Origin: Terriglobia bacterium
Lineage (GTDB): Bacteria; Acidobacteriota; Terriglobia; 20CM-2-55-15
Direction: 5' to 3'
Assembly (NCBI GenBank): GCA_963664115.2
Contig: CAXWPJ010000005.1
Coordinates: 290,250-354,249 of the forward strand
Length of the DNA: 64,000 nt
Under the pieces are notes generated by a model. It did not search any database and was not told the DNA's origin. It saw only the letters and a program-made list of their open reading frames with translations. Position numbers and translations under genes: made by a program. How positions within the stretch are numbered: the first letter of the stretch is position 1; every line of letters starts with the position of its first letter. Below are positions 40,600 through 50,638 of this stretch, in pieces.

Positions 40600-40892
40600 C
40601 GTCAAAGCAGCAGTGATAGTTCAGCTCGGGCTGGGTCCGGTCAGTATCTTCTTGCTCCGGGCCGTGGCATTTGGCGGGGCTGGCCTCCCTGACCGATCCT
40701 CCAGTGCAGCATATCGCCGCCCGTGCCACACGCGCCGGCGAGGCTCTACATGGTTTTTGTTTGCCGGACCGTCAATGTGGGGATTTGGTTGACCGCAACC
40801 TCGACCTACAGTCTGAGTCTTTGATTGCAAATGGGGTCACACCAGCCTGGCCTCCCGGATGCGGAGTCTAACAGCCACCTCCGGTCAAACCG

Positions 40893-43214
40893 TCAGAACC
40901 TGTGGGTGTACATGATCTTCGAAGACAGTCGGCGGTCGAGGGTGTAGGTCTCACCGGTCACAGGATCGTCCAGCCAGTTGTGGATGTAGACGAAATACAA
41001 ATCGCTGCCCGGGCGGATGATCCACCGAAAGCGCGATTGCCAGCCGATGACGGCGCTCTGCGTGTCGTACTGCAGGTTGTTTACGAGCGTGATTCTGGGG
41101 TTGAACTGCGTTTCCACGATTGCGCGGTACAACTTGGTGTAGAACTGCCCTTCCGCCAGCGACACTCGGTTCCACTCACTCGTGAAGGTGAACATCTTTC
41201 CGGGCGCAGCGCGGTAGTTGACCGTCATGTTGAGTCGCAAGCGGTCGCCCGAGAAGAACTTGCCCCACTCCACCTGCGGCGACAGGGCGACGGGTCGGCG
41301 GCTGGTCGTCCGTCCCTGGATGCGATAGCGGGTAAAACCGTAGTCCCGGCCGGCAGGGAGCGTCACTTCAGGCGCGATTCTGAAATCTCGGTCGAGCAGT
41401 TCGTAGGTCGGGAGGACGTGAAACTCAATCGAATCCTGCCGGTGTGTTTCGACTTCGATCGCGGTAATGTCGACCTCCCGGGTCAGCAACCGGTTGTCGA
41501 CCGGGTCCAGAAACACGTCCATCCGTGTTCCGAAATTGAAGCGGCGGATCCATGGATGCTGGCGCGGCCGGGGAGCAAAGGTAAATTCCGGGGTGAGGCT
41601 TCGAAAACCGGTTCGGCGATTGAATCCAATCGCAGCGTCGTAGTTGTCCTGAATCTCTCTGTACCCAAGCTGAAGGCTGAGCGGATCGTTTGGATAGGCG
41701 AGTACAGCGCCAAAGGCGCGGTTGTTGCCAACGGTATCGATGGGATTCGTCGTGTGCAGGAAATAGCCGGTCGCGCTCAGGTTATCGGAGCCAAGGAACG
41801 TGGAGGTGGACAGATGCATGTCGAAGCCGATGGTCTGACGGTTGTCGGCGTTGCCACCGCGGGTGCGACGGAGCGTGTATATGCCGCCGAGGTAGGACTC
41901 TCTGAACATCCGCCGCCTGATGCGCACGAGGCTGAAGTCCTCCCCGGGCGAACCGCCGTGGACCTCCCGGGTCTCGTCACCGGTCTGGACCTGCAGGACG
42001 CCGATGTCGAAAGCGCCGGCCTGTCCAGTCAGTTTGCCGCCGAAGTTGATCCGTTGCGGCCGGTTCTCTTCGTCGAGTCCGATCCGGCGGCTCTGAAAAG
42101 GAATCAGAGCCCGGTCACCCCCAGTCGCAAAGTCAAAGAAGAGCGCGCCGTCGAGGAAGAAATCACGCTGTTCGGGAAACAGCAACGAGAATCGGGTGAG
42201 GTTGATCTGGCGTGCGTCGACCTCGGCCTGAGCAAAGTCTGTGTTCACCGTCAGATTCGCGCGGAGACTCGGCGTGATGTTGTAGAAGAAATCGACGCCG
42301 ACGTCGGCACTGTTCTGGGCGGTGGCTTCACCCCGACCGGGGAATGACTCGGATGTGCCCACCAGGTAGGGCTTGATGTCGAGACCGCGGCCCTGGGTCA
42401 CGTTTTCGATACCGGTCAGCAGGCCCGCATTGCTCATCCTGTTCAGCCCCTGGTTGCGCAGCCACCCCATCCACAGGCTCACTTCGTTTTTGCGCGCGAC
42501 CGTCCGCTGGAAGTTGACGCCCCACCCCTCGCTGTTCGGATTGAAGTTCATCGTGCGAAACGGGACTTCGATTTCAAGTGTCCAGCCAATGTCGCTGCGC
42601 GCGGAGCGCGCGTCCCAGATCCCGTCCCACTCCCGGTTGTTCGTATTGTTCGGACCTCTCAAAGAGTCGGCCATCGAACCCAGCGGGTTCATCTCCCACC
42701 AATAGGCGCTCTGGCCATCATTGAAGGTGTCGATTGCCCACTGCAGCTTGTCGTCGGAGGGCAGGAATCCATCCCGCTCCATCTGGTAGGAAATCAGCTG
42801 ATCCGGTTCTGAATCGAACAGCGTGACCCCCATGTAGAGTCTGTCGGCGTCGTAGACGAAACGCACTTCCGTCTGCTCGGTGGCGGGCTGGCCGTTGTCG
42901 GGATCGCGCTGCATAAAGTTGGTCGCCGGCACGGCGCGCATCCAGACGTCTTCATCCAGCGATCCGTCCAGTGTGATCGATTCGTCGGGCGCCATCCGTA
43001 TGGCCTCCATCGAACGGCGCTCAAGCGGCGACGTCGATGCGCTGCCAGGGGGCACCTGCTGAACGGGGGGCGGTGCGATCCGCCGGACGAGGGGATTCAG
43101 CACGGGCCCGGAACCCTCAGCCGCCGTCCGCTGACTCACCGCATAAGGGGGCAGAACTATCCCCACGGTGACCAGAACAGCCACAGCGCATGTCCTATGT
43201 TTCACGACGAGCAT
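40893..43214 (-). CDS. CBM9-like/DUF5916 outer-membrane protein
   Basis: ITLDGSLDE..W, GWTLEIEVPF, NTDFAQAEVD..NLTRFSLLFPEQRDFF, terminal RF. Confidence 0.85.
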   Translation of the reverse strand: MLVVKHRTCAVAVLVTVGIVLPPYAVSQRTAAEGSGPVLNPLVRRIAPPPVQQVPPGSASTSPLERRSMEAIRMAPDESITLDGSLDEDVWMRAVPATNFMQRDPDNGQPATEQTEVRFVYDADRLYMGVTLFDSEPDQLISYQMERDGFLPSDDKLQWAIDTFNDGQSAYWWEMNPLGSMADSLRGPNNTNNREWDGIWDARSARSDIGWTLEIEVPFRTMNFNPNSEGWGVNFQRTVARKNEVSLWMGWLRNQGLNRMSNAGLLTGIENVTQGRGLDIKPYLVGTSESFPGRGEATAQNSADVGVDFFYNITPSLRANLTVNTDFAQAEVDARQINLTRFSLLFPEQRDFFLDGALFFDFATGGDRALIPFQSRRIGLDEENRPQRINFGGKLTGQAGAFDIGVLQVQTGDETREVHGGSPGEDFSLVRIRRRMFRESYLGGIYTLRRTRGGNADNRQTIGFDMHLSTSTFLGSDNLSATGYFLHTTNPIDTVGNNRAFGAVLAYPNDPLSLQLGYREIQDNYDAAIGFNRRTGFRSLTPEFTFAPRPRQHPWIRRFNFGTRMDVFLDPVDNRLLTREVDITAIEVETHRQDSIEFHVLPTYELLDRDFRIAPEVTLPAGRDYGFTRYRIQGRTTSRRPVALSPQVEWGKFFSGDRLRLNMTVNYRAAPGKMFTFTSEWNRVSLAEGQFYTKLYRAIVETQFNPRITLVNNLQYDTQSAVIGWQSRFRWIIRPGSDLYFVYIHNWLDDPVTGETYTLDRRLSSKIMYTHRF

Positions 43215-43695
43215 AGTTCCCGATCGCAACTTCCAAAGATTGACGGTGGCCGGTGCGCGATGCCGCCTTTCAGACACTAAGCCCTCGAACGCGGGCCCAA
43301 ACGATCAATTATGGTGGGGTGGGGATCATTGTCAACACACGGAGACCCGACGGTCTGTCGATTGGGGCGCCTGGATACCGGATCTGCTGGCAATGCATTG
43401 AAATGGCTGCGGGATGGGCCGGTGCCGGCCCATCTTGTATCGGGCATCGGATTTCGGACACCGGCGCGCCTTCTGGCGGTGTCGATTGGAGAACTCAGGG
43501 AACGGGTTCCGGTTCCGTCGTCTCTCGCTGCCTTCGCTTTTCAATCTCCAAACCCGTCTCGCGATCGACCCCACGGGAGGCTTTGCAGCAATCACTTCCC
43601 TGTATCGCGCGCCATCCTTCTCCCGCGCACGGGTTGACATAACACCCATACGCCAACGGTGTCAGTGCTGCCATAGTCGTCACGCCCTGCTTATA

Positions 43696-44526
43696 GGTTG
43701 TGTTGCAACTTTGGCCGACGGTGGCTGGTAACCTGAAGCAATCATGAAAAAGACAATCCGGCCGGCGATCTTCAAGTGGCGACAAACCGAGCCCGAGGTG
43801 ATTCTTTGCGCCGCGCGCTGGTACCTGCGATACTCGCTCTCGTTGCGCGATGTCGAAGAGCTCCTCGGCGAGCGCGGTCTCGAGGCAGACCACACGACAA
43901 TCTGGCGCTGGGTCCAGCGCTACGGTCCCGAACTGGCGGCGCGGTTGCGCCGTCATCTCAAGGTAACCCACAAATGTTGGCGTGTCGATGAGACCGACGT
44001 TCGTGTCAAGGATCGCTGGTGCTACCTCTACCGCGCCATCGATTCCACTGGCGCCACGATCGACTTCGTGCTCTCGGGGTTGCGCGATGCCGCTGCGGCC
44101 CAACGCCTGTTGGGCAAGGCGCTGACGGATCCGTCGCATCCGCAGCCCCGCGTCATCAACACGGACCCGGCACGCCTCTATGGGGCGGCGATGTCAGGAG
44201 TGAAGCAGGAAGGAATCCTGCGACGCTGTTGCCGCCACCGGCCTGTTCAATACTTGAACAACATCCTGGAGCAGGATCATCGAGCGATCAAACGACGCGT
44301 GAAGGCCAAGCAGGGCTTCCGTGAATTCCACGCAGCGCGGCGAACGATCCAGAGATACGAGGCCATGTACATGATCCGGAAGAGGCAGGCGCGGTGGGTG
44401 AGCGGTCCGGATGTTCGGCGACAGATTCAGTTCATCAACAAGCTGTTCGAGGTGGCCGCATGAGACGGAGCTCGGTCGATCCAACCAGTCCCTCTCTTGC
44501 TGTTTTTTGAAAGTTGTAACACATCC
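43696..44526 (+). mobile_element. IS6 family element B (831 bp)
   Basis: IRs GGTTGTGTTGCAACTTT / AAAGTTGTAACACATCC. Confidence 0.9.
43744..44463 (+). CDS. IS6 family transposase
   Basis: FKWRQ..LSLRDVEE, WRVDET, YLNNILEQDHR. Confidence 0.9.
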   Translation: MKKTIRPAIFKWRQTEPEVILCAARWYLRYSLSLRDVEELLGERGLEADHTTIWRWVQRYGPELAARLRRHLKVTHKCWRVDETDVRVKDRWCYLYRAIDSTGATIDFVLSGLRDAAAAQRLLGKALTDPSHPQPRVINTDPARLYGAAMSGVKQEGILRRCCRHRPVQYLNNILEQDHRAIKRRVKAKQGFREFHAARRTIQRYEAMYMIRKRQARWVSGPDVRRQIQFINKLFEVAA

Positions 44527-44884
44527 AGTTCACCGGTTCCGCCTTCACCGGGCGCTTGCAGGCGGCCGGTGTCCGTATCTCGATGGACGGCCGGGGCCGT
44601 TGCATGGACAACATCTTCATCGAGCGACTGTGGCGCTCGCTCAAATACGAGGCTGTCTATCTGCACGACCTTGCCGACGGCTTCGAGGCCCGGCGTGTCA
44701 TCGACGAGTGGGTCGGCTTTTACAACACCGAAAGGCCGCACTCGGCGCTCGATGGGCAACCCCCGGCCGAGGCCTACCACAGGCGGCAGAAAGATCTATC
44801 CAGGAAGATTCTGGCGGTATGAGCGACAACCGGAATACACCTTAAATGAACCGCCAGACTGTCCGACTAACCGAGGCCACCTCA
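44527..44884 (+). mobile_element. IS3 family 3' remnant
   Basis: ISMDGRGRCMDNIFIERLWRSLKYE..YNTERPHSAL; ends in CCACCTCA. Confidence 0.8.
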
Positions 44885-44922
44885 CCGTCCAAAAGGATGC
44901 TTCCATGAATACCGAAACCTAG

Positions 44923-46460
44923 GAGTCTGCGCGGCAGAAGGACGGAAATTGGGCGGATAAAGATCGAAGATAGGTCATGGCACGAACCTATCGGACTTAT
45001 CGCCCAGAACAAACACTGCTGATACCACCGTCGTTGAGAGATTGGTTGGCCGAAGATCACCTGTCGTACTTCATATCGGACGTGGTGGACGCGATGGATT
45101 TGAGCGCGTTCGAACAGCGGTATGGAACCGACGGTCCGGGCAATCAGGCGTTTGATCCGCGGATGATGGTGAAGGTGCTGATTTATGGGTACGCGACCGG
45201 AGTGTTCTCGTCCAGGAAGATCGCGGCGAAGTTGACCGACGACGTGGCGTTCCGGATGTTGGGAGCGGAGAACTTTCCGGCGCACCGAACGATCTCGGAT
45301 TTTCGCAAACTGCATCTTGAGGAGTTCGGAAACCTGTTTGTGCAAGTGGTGATGATGGCGCGGGAAGCGGGACTGGTGAAGATGGGAACCGTGGCGGTGG
45401 ACGGGACCAAGATGCGGGCGAATGCAAGCAAACGCAAAGCGATGAGCTATGAACGGATGAAGAAGCAGGAGACCGAATTGGGTGAACAGATTCGGGATCT
45501 GTTGAACCGGGCCGAGGCGACCGATGAGGACGAAGACCAGCGATACGGCAAGGACCGGCGCGGAGACGAACTGCCCGAGGGGTTGTCGACCCGCAAGAAG
45601 CGATTGGCCACGATACAGGCGGCCATGAAGCGGCTCGAAGAACGTCAGATGGCCGCGGACAAGGAAGCGGGACGGAACACCAAAGATCACAAACCCGGAT
45701 GCGGAAAGAAGCCATTCAAACGTCCCATGGGGGAACCTAAACCTACGGCCCAGGACAACTTCACCGACCCGGAAAGCCGGATCATGAAGACCTCCACCGA
45801 AGGGTTCCAGCAATGCTACAACGCGCAAGCGGTGGTGGATTTCCAGGCCCGGATCATCGTGGCAACAACGGTGACTGACAATGCATCGGATGTGGGGCAG
45901 TTGGAACCCACGCTGGATGCGTTGAGCGACAATCTGGGGGAGCGTCCCGACCGCGTACTGGCCGATGCGGGATATCGATCCGAGTCAAATCTGGGGATGT
46001 TGGAACAACGTCAGATTGACGGGTATGTGGCGATGGGTCGCGAGAAGGATCTCGCCCGTGCCCCACTCCCACCCAAAGACACCGCTGTTGGTCGGATGAT
46101 GAGAAAGATGAAAACCAGGCGTGGGCGTGACCGCTACCGGGCCCGAAAGCACATTGGTGAGCCGCCCTTCGGGTGGATCAAGTCGGTGCTCGGATTCCGA
46201 CAGTTCAGTCTACGCGGTTTGGACAACGTGACCGGGGAGTGGAATCTGGTCACTCTGGCGGTGAACTTACGACGGATGAATGGGAAGATCGAATGGGCAT
46301 AATCCGGAAAACCGCAACCCGGCAGACCCGATACACGGCCAATTGGGGGGTGTCCGTACAACTCTGAATTCGTCGTATCGGAAGAATCGGTCGGTTCTCC
46401 TCCGAAGACCCTCTCAAATCCCAATCAATCCGAGTTCTTTGCGCTCTGCCGCGCAGACTC
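44923..46460 (+). mobile_element. IS1182 family element
   Basis: Perfect 16-bp IR GAGTCTGCGCGGCAGA; CTAG TSD at 44919-44922 and 46461-46464. Confidence 0.92.
44977..46302 (+). CDS. IS1182 family transposase
   Basis: SSRKI, PAHRTISDFRK, VDGTKMRANAS, TDPESRIM, ADAGY, EPPFGWIK. Confidence 0.92.
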   Translation: MARTYRTYRPEQTLLIPPSLRDWLAEDHLSYFISDVVDAMDLSAFEQRYGTDGPGNQAFDPRMMVKVLIYGYATGVFSSRKIAAKLTDDVAFRMLGAENFPAHRTISDFRKLHLEEFGNLFVQVVMMAREAGLVKMGTVAVDGTKMRANASKRKAMSYERMKKQETELGEQIRDLLNRAEATDEDEDQRYGKDRRGDELPEGLSTRKKRLATIQAAMKRLEERQMAADKEAGRNTKDHKPGCGKKPFKRPMGEPKPTAQDNFTDPESRIMKTSTEGFQQCYNAQAVVDFQARIIVATTVTDNASDVGQLEPTLDALSDNLGERPDRVLADAGYRSESNLGMLEQRQIDGYVAMGREKDLARAPLPPKDTAVGRMMRKMKTRRGRDRYRARKHIGEPPFGWIKSVLGFRQFSLRGLDNVTGEWNLVTLAVNLRRMNGKIEWA

Positions 46461-46463
46461 CTA

Positions 46464-47614
46464 GTGTACCCCGCTCGAAGTAATCTAACTAAAATAGCTT
46501 TCCAACGTCCAATAGAGAATGAGGAAAGCACCGACCATTGAATTGGATGACAAGCAGCGGATGGAGTTGGAGCGACTGAGTCGAAGCCGGAGTACATCGG
46601 TCCGGTTGGCGGAACGATCCCGAATTGTATTACTGGCCGCTGAAGGTCGGAACAATTATGAGATCGCCGCCCGCTTGGAGATCACGCGCCAGAAAGCGGG
46701 CCGCTGGCGCAATCGTTTTGTGGAACAGGGCTTGGCTGGGATCGAAAAGGATGCGCCGCGAAGCGGACGGATTCCCACGATCAGTCGCCGGAAGCGAGCC
46801 CGGATCGTCAAGAAGACACTGGAAGAGAAGCCCCCGAACGCGACGCACTGGAGTCGGGCCTCGATGGCGAAGGCCGTTGGCGTGAGCGAGTCCACGGTCG
46901 GGAAAATCTGGCGGGTCCATGGACTGAAGCCTCATCTGTCACGAACCTTCAAACTATCCAACGACAAACGATTCGCCGAAAAGCTGGAGGATGTGGTCGG
47001 TCTGTATCTGAGCCCACCGGAAAACGCCATTGTCTTGTCCTGCGATGAGAAGAGCCAGATGCAGGCCCTGGACCGCACGCAACCCGGGTTACCTCTGAAG
47101 AAGGGGCGGTGTGGCACCATGACCCACGATTACAAACGTAACGGGACAACCACGCTTTTCGCCGCGCTCAACATCCTGGACGGTTCGGTCATCGGAACCT
47201 GCATGCCAAAGCATCGCCATCAGGAATGGATCCGGTTTCTGAATCAGATCAAACGCGCCATGCCGAAAGATAAGGAGATCCACATTATTTGCGACAACTA
47301 TGCGACTCACAAACATCAGAAAGTCGTCAACTGGCTCAAGCGTAACAAGCGTTTTCATGTGCACTTCACGCCAACCAGTGCGTCGTGGCTCAACATGGTC
47401 GAGCGCTTTTTCCGGGATCTGTCCGAGCAACGACTCCGGCGTGGCGTTTTCCGCTCGGTCCCCGAGTTGATCCAGGCCGTGGAGGACTACCTCGCTCGTC
47501 ACAATGAAGACCCGAAACCCTTCATCTGGACTGCAACGGCTTCCGACATCCTTGCTAAAGTCCAGCGCGGCCGGCGAAATCTTGATAAGTTACAGTCTGT
47601 TTAACGGGGACCAC
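46464..47614 (+). mobile_element. IS630 family element inserted in the CTAG TSD of IS1182
   Basis: CTAG-TGTACCCCG ... CGGGGACCA-CTAG; TA duplication. Confidence 0.88.
46519..47604 (+). CDS. IS630 family transposase
   Basis: CDEKSQMQAL, THDYKRNGTT, CDNYATH, SWLNMVERFF. Confidence 0.92.
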   Translation: MRKAPTIELDDKQRMELERLSRSRSTSVRLAERSRIVLLAAEGRNNYEIAARLEITRQKAGRWRNRFVEQGLAGIEKDAPRSGRIPTISRRKRARIVKKTLEEKPPNATHWSRASMAKAVGVSESTVGKIWRVHGLKPHLSRTFKLSNDKRFAEKLEDVVGLYLSPPENAIVLSCDEKSQMQALDRTQPGLPLKKGRCGTMTHDYKRNGTTTLFAALNILDGSVIGTCMPKHRHQEWIRFLNQIKRAMPKDKEIHIICDNYATHKHQKVVNWLKRNKRFHVHFTPTSASWLNMVERFFRDLSEQRLRRGVFRSVPELIQAVEDYLARHNEDPKPFIWTATASDILAKVQRGRRNLDKLQSV

Positions 47615-47699
47615 TAGGTCCGGTATTGAGGCGTAGGCATGTAAGAGAGGCAGGTTTCGATTGACCGAAAGCGCCCACCTCTCGGCCACCCGGCCTGAG

Positions 47700-47950
47700 G
47701 CGGCACGGCCTGGCCCGGGCGCTCTATGAAGACTTCTATTGCCCCCGCGGCGATCTGGAAAATCGCATCAAGTCCATTAGCTCACACCTGGTCTGACACG
47801 CCTTTACGATAGTCGGAGTCTTTAGATCCCGGAACGGGGAAATAGAGACGACGACAATGACTCAAGCAGAGAAAGTGATCAAGACGAAGGTTGGTGGCTT
47901 TGTCCACTCGAAATGGCCCACTTCTGATCGTTTGATTTGGCCCACCCCTT
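47700..47950. mobile_element. Cluster of IS debris (IS1380-like, IS481-like start, IS21-like end)
   Basis: ALYEDFYCPRGDLENRIK; MTQAEKVIKTKVG; TGTCCACTCGAAATGGCCCAC..TGGCCCAC repeat. Confidence 0.45.
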
Positions 47951-48081
47951 CGGTTAATAGGTCCAGGCAGTGAAGATCACCGGCCTCGCCGTCCCGGTTG
48001 GCATTGCCTTCAGTGTTAGGGGGCATCGCAAGGTTTGTTCGTAGAATTACTCTAAAGGACCGAAGGGCCTCGGTTTCGGCT

Positions 48082-48686
48082 TCAACGCACTGTCTTTGCG
48101 ATTCTGTAAGCCGTTGCCCTGCCAATGCCGAGCTGTTTTGCGCCCGAGCGGGTGACAATCCGCCCACGATGAGTTTCTGAGCGGCGGAAACCGTCTCGGG
48201 GTCGAGCGGCGGTCGGCCTGGTGTTCGCCCGCGTTTCCTGGCTGCGGCGATGCCGTCGCGGGTACGCTCGGAGATGAGTCGGCGTTCGAAGTGCGCGATG
48301 GAGCCGAAGACGTGGAACACGAGTTCGCCGGCCGCGGACGAGGTGTCGAGGCGCTCCTCGAGGCTGACCAGGTGGATGCCGCGGGTCTTGAGATCGTCGA
48401 CGGTTTCGAGTAGTTCCCTGAGTGAGCGTCCGAGGCGGTCGAGGCGAATGATGCAGAGGCGGTCACCGGGTCGGGCGTGATCGATGAGTTCGGCCAGGGC
48501 AGGCCGGTCGAAGCGCTTACCCGAGACGATGTCGGTGAAGACGCGAATGGCGCCCGCCTCAATGAGCCGGTCGCGCTGGGCGTCGGGGTTCTGGTCGTGG
48601 GTCGAGACGCGAGCGTAACCCAGGGTGTCGCCGACGCGGGTCGGCGCCACCGTCTCAATATCGTTCGATTTCAGGACGGTTTCCAT
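48082..48686 (-). pseudogene. Tn3-type serine resolvase with frameshift in C-terminal HTH
   Basis: GYARVST..Q, RLDRLGRS, FERRLISERT; HTH AKQLGIGRATAYR lies in a shifted frame ending at 48082. Confidence 0.82.
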
Positions 48687-48790
48687 GTGCATACTTTGAG
48701 TTCCCTTCAAGGGGTTCGAGGCCGTCTCTTTATTAGTCTCTTTATTCTAAACCGTCTCGAAACCGGAACCATCGTTTTGGGGACGCGCCA

Positions 48791-48905
48791 ATGGCTTCAC
48801 AACGTCTTGTGCCGGCATCGGTGCACGAAGCGCTACTCGGGCTTCCCTCCGACATCGCTTCGCTGGAACGCAACTCCCTTCGAACCGATGATGATCTTGA
48901 CCACC
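48791..48905 (+). pseudogene. Tn3-family tnpA N-terminal remnant, divergent from resolvase
   Basis: MASQRLV...LLGLPSDIASLER...DDDL resembles a TnpA start; res-like intergenic region 48687-48790. Confidence 0.5.
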
Positions 48906-48926
48906 CCGCAGTCACCAAGCAGGTCG

Positions 48927-50638
48927 TCAGGCCACGGACTTCCGGTCCGATCCCATCACCAACACCTCATGCAGCAGAACATCAAGCAGGCGGCGGCGGG
49001 TGTCGTCACCGCCTGCAAGTTTTTTCTCCAGACGGTCGCAGAGCGCCATCAGTTCATCGACTTTGGCGACGATGCGGTGCTGCTCGGCGAGGGGTGGGAT
49101 CCTTTTCGGGGAACGAGGAGGTTTTCCAGCTGTTTTCGGGTAATGCTAGGAAATGCAACCCCTCTTCCCATGTTGATTATTCGCTTGCGCATGCTCCAGA
49201 GGAAAAGCCGGACAAAGCCATCACCGAACAGCGGCTGGATCGCCGCCACTCCCCGCCCTATACAAGCGTCAAAGGCAGCTATGTTCGAGCGTCCAGTGGT
49301 CGAACCGCGAACGCACATGAGGAAATCGCCTTTGTCACAAACTTTGGTAGGTGCTGTCGTGTACTGGTTGGCAACCGTCAGACCGAACGGTCCGTCACTG
49401 AACTCAACTGGCCCGTTGATCAACGGCACGCCCTCGCCATCAGTGTTATATGTCTCACCCGAAGGGCTCTGTCCCATAACAATATTTGAGAGTTCAACCA
49501 GCTTGACGGAAGCCCATGCCGCTGGAATCGGAGAATCCGATTCGAAGGGTCTAACGCTCAGGATTGGAGCTTTTTCCCTGACCTCGCCCGTCTTCGCGCG
49601 TCGCGCCTTCTCCACCGCGATTCGCTTCAAAAATTCCGACGCCGGTTCGTCGTTCGGATCCTGCGGCACCAGCTTGCCGCGCACGGCGAGGTTGAGGATG
49701 GTCTGGCGCAGAGCCTTGATCTGGTCGCGGCGGGTGGTGAGTGGGGTGAGGTTTTCGATGGCGAAGGCGGCTTGGTTCCGGAATACCACCGGGTCGGGAT
49801 CGGGATCATTGAGGCGGATGAGGCTCGCCGTCGCCATCCGGTCCCGCGTCGCCTCCCGCTCCGCCCGTGCCTTCTCCAGTCGGTCGCAGAGTGCCATCAG
49901 TTCATCGACCTTGGCAACGATGCGGTGCTGTTCGGCGAGGGGCGGGAGGGGGAATGGCGAGTTCGCAAAATATTCGATGGGCACCCGCTTCTGGCCAGCG
50001 GTACCGGTCATTCTAGGGATGCCCGTCTCAATGAAGTGTGGGCACTTGAGGAAGACAATGGTGTAATCCGGATTGACGAAGAGGGGGCGAACAATGTGCA
50101 ACTCGGTTGTGCCACTGCCCAACTCTCCAGTTAATTCTCTGAAGACCGTTGATTTTCCGTTCTCAAAGCACGGTGTGATCTTGGCTAATCCCACATCGCC
50201 TTCTGCGAAATGGGTATAGCCCTTCTTAATCTCGGCCCATGGCCGGGATTGGTGCTGATTTTCAAGACCGTATCCAGCTGGAATCATTCGCATTGGAACA
50301 AATGACGCCGTCAGGTCTTCTGGCGCATCGTTCCGCGGATTGATAATCCCAATTTCGGCAATCTGACTCCATCGCCACTTTGGGGGCAATAGAAAAGGCG
50401 GTTCGTCGTCCAACATCTCTGGCAGAGCTTTCGGTTTCTTAATCTCTCCTGCCTTCACCAATCGCGCCTTCTCCGCCGCGATCCGCTTCAGCAGTTCCGC
50501 TGCCGGTTCGTCCTTCGGATCCTGCGGCACCAGCTTGCCGCGCACGGCCAGGTCGAGAATGAAGCGGCGCAATCGCGCAATCGCATCAGGCGCGTCGGCG
50601 ATTCGTTCGTAATGGCCCAGCAGGCGGTCGGCGTTCAT
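48927..50638 (-). pseudogene. hsdS: Type I RM specificity subunit, frameshifted by 8-nt insertion (ORF now stops at 49049)
   Basis: Two TRDs, repeated LAVRGKLVPQDP and PPLAEQHRIVAKVDELMALCDRLE; removing 49101-49108 restores VPIPPLAEQ to the stop at 48927. Confidence 0.88.

Noticed and set aside
43330-43650. Degenerate addiction-module (ParE-like) remnant
   Set aside because: Only faint similarity across several frames
48477-50066. 529-aa plus-strand ORF
   Set aside because: Antisense to hsdS and the resolvase; no motifs
48082-50638. hsdS shufflon driven by the adjacent recombinase
   Set aside because: hsdS repeats are the normal direct conserved regions; no inverted silent TRDs; the resolvase pairs with a Tn3 remnant
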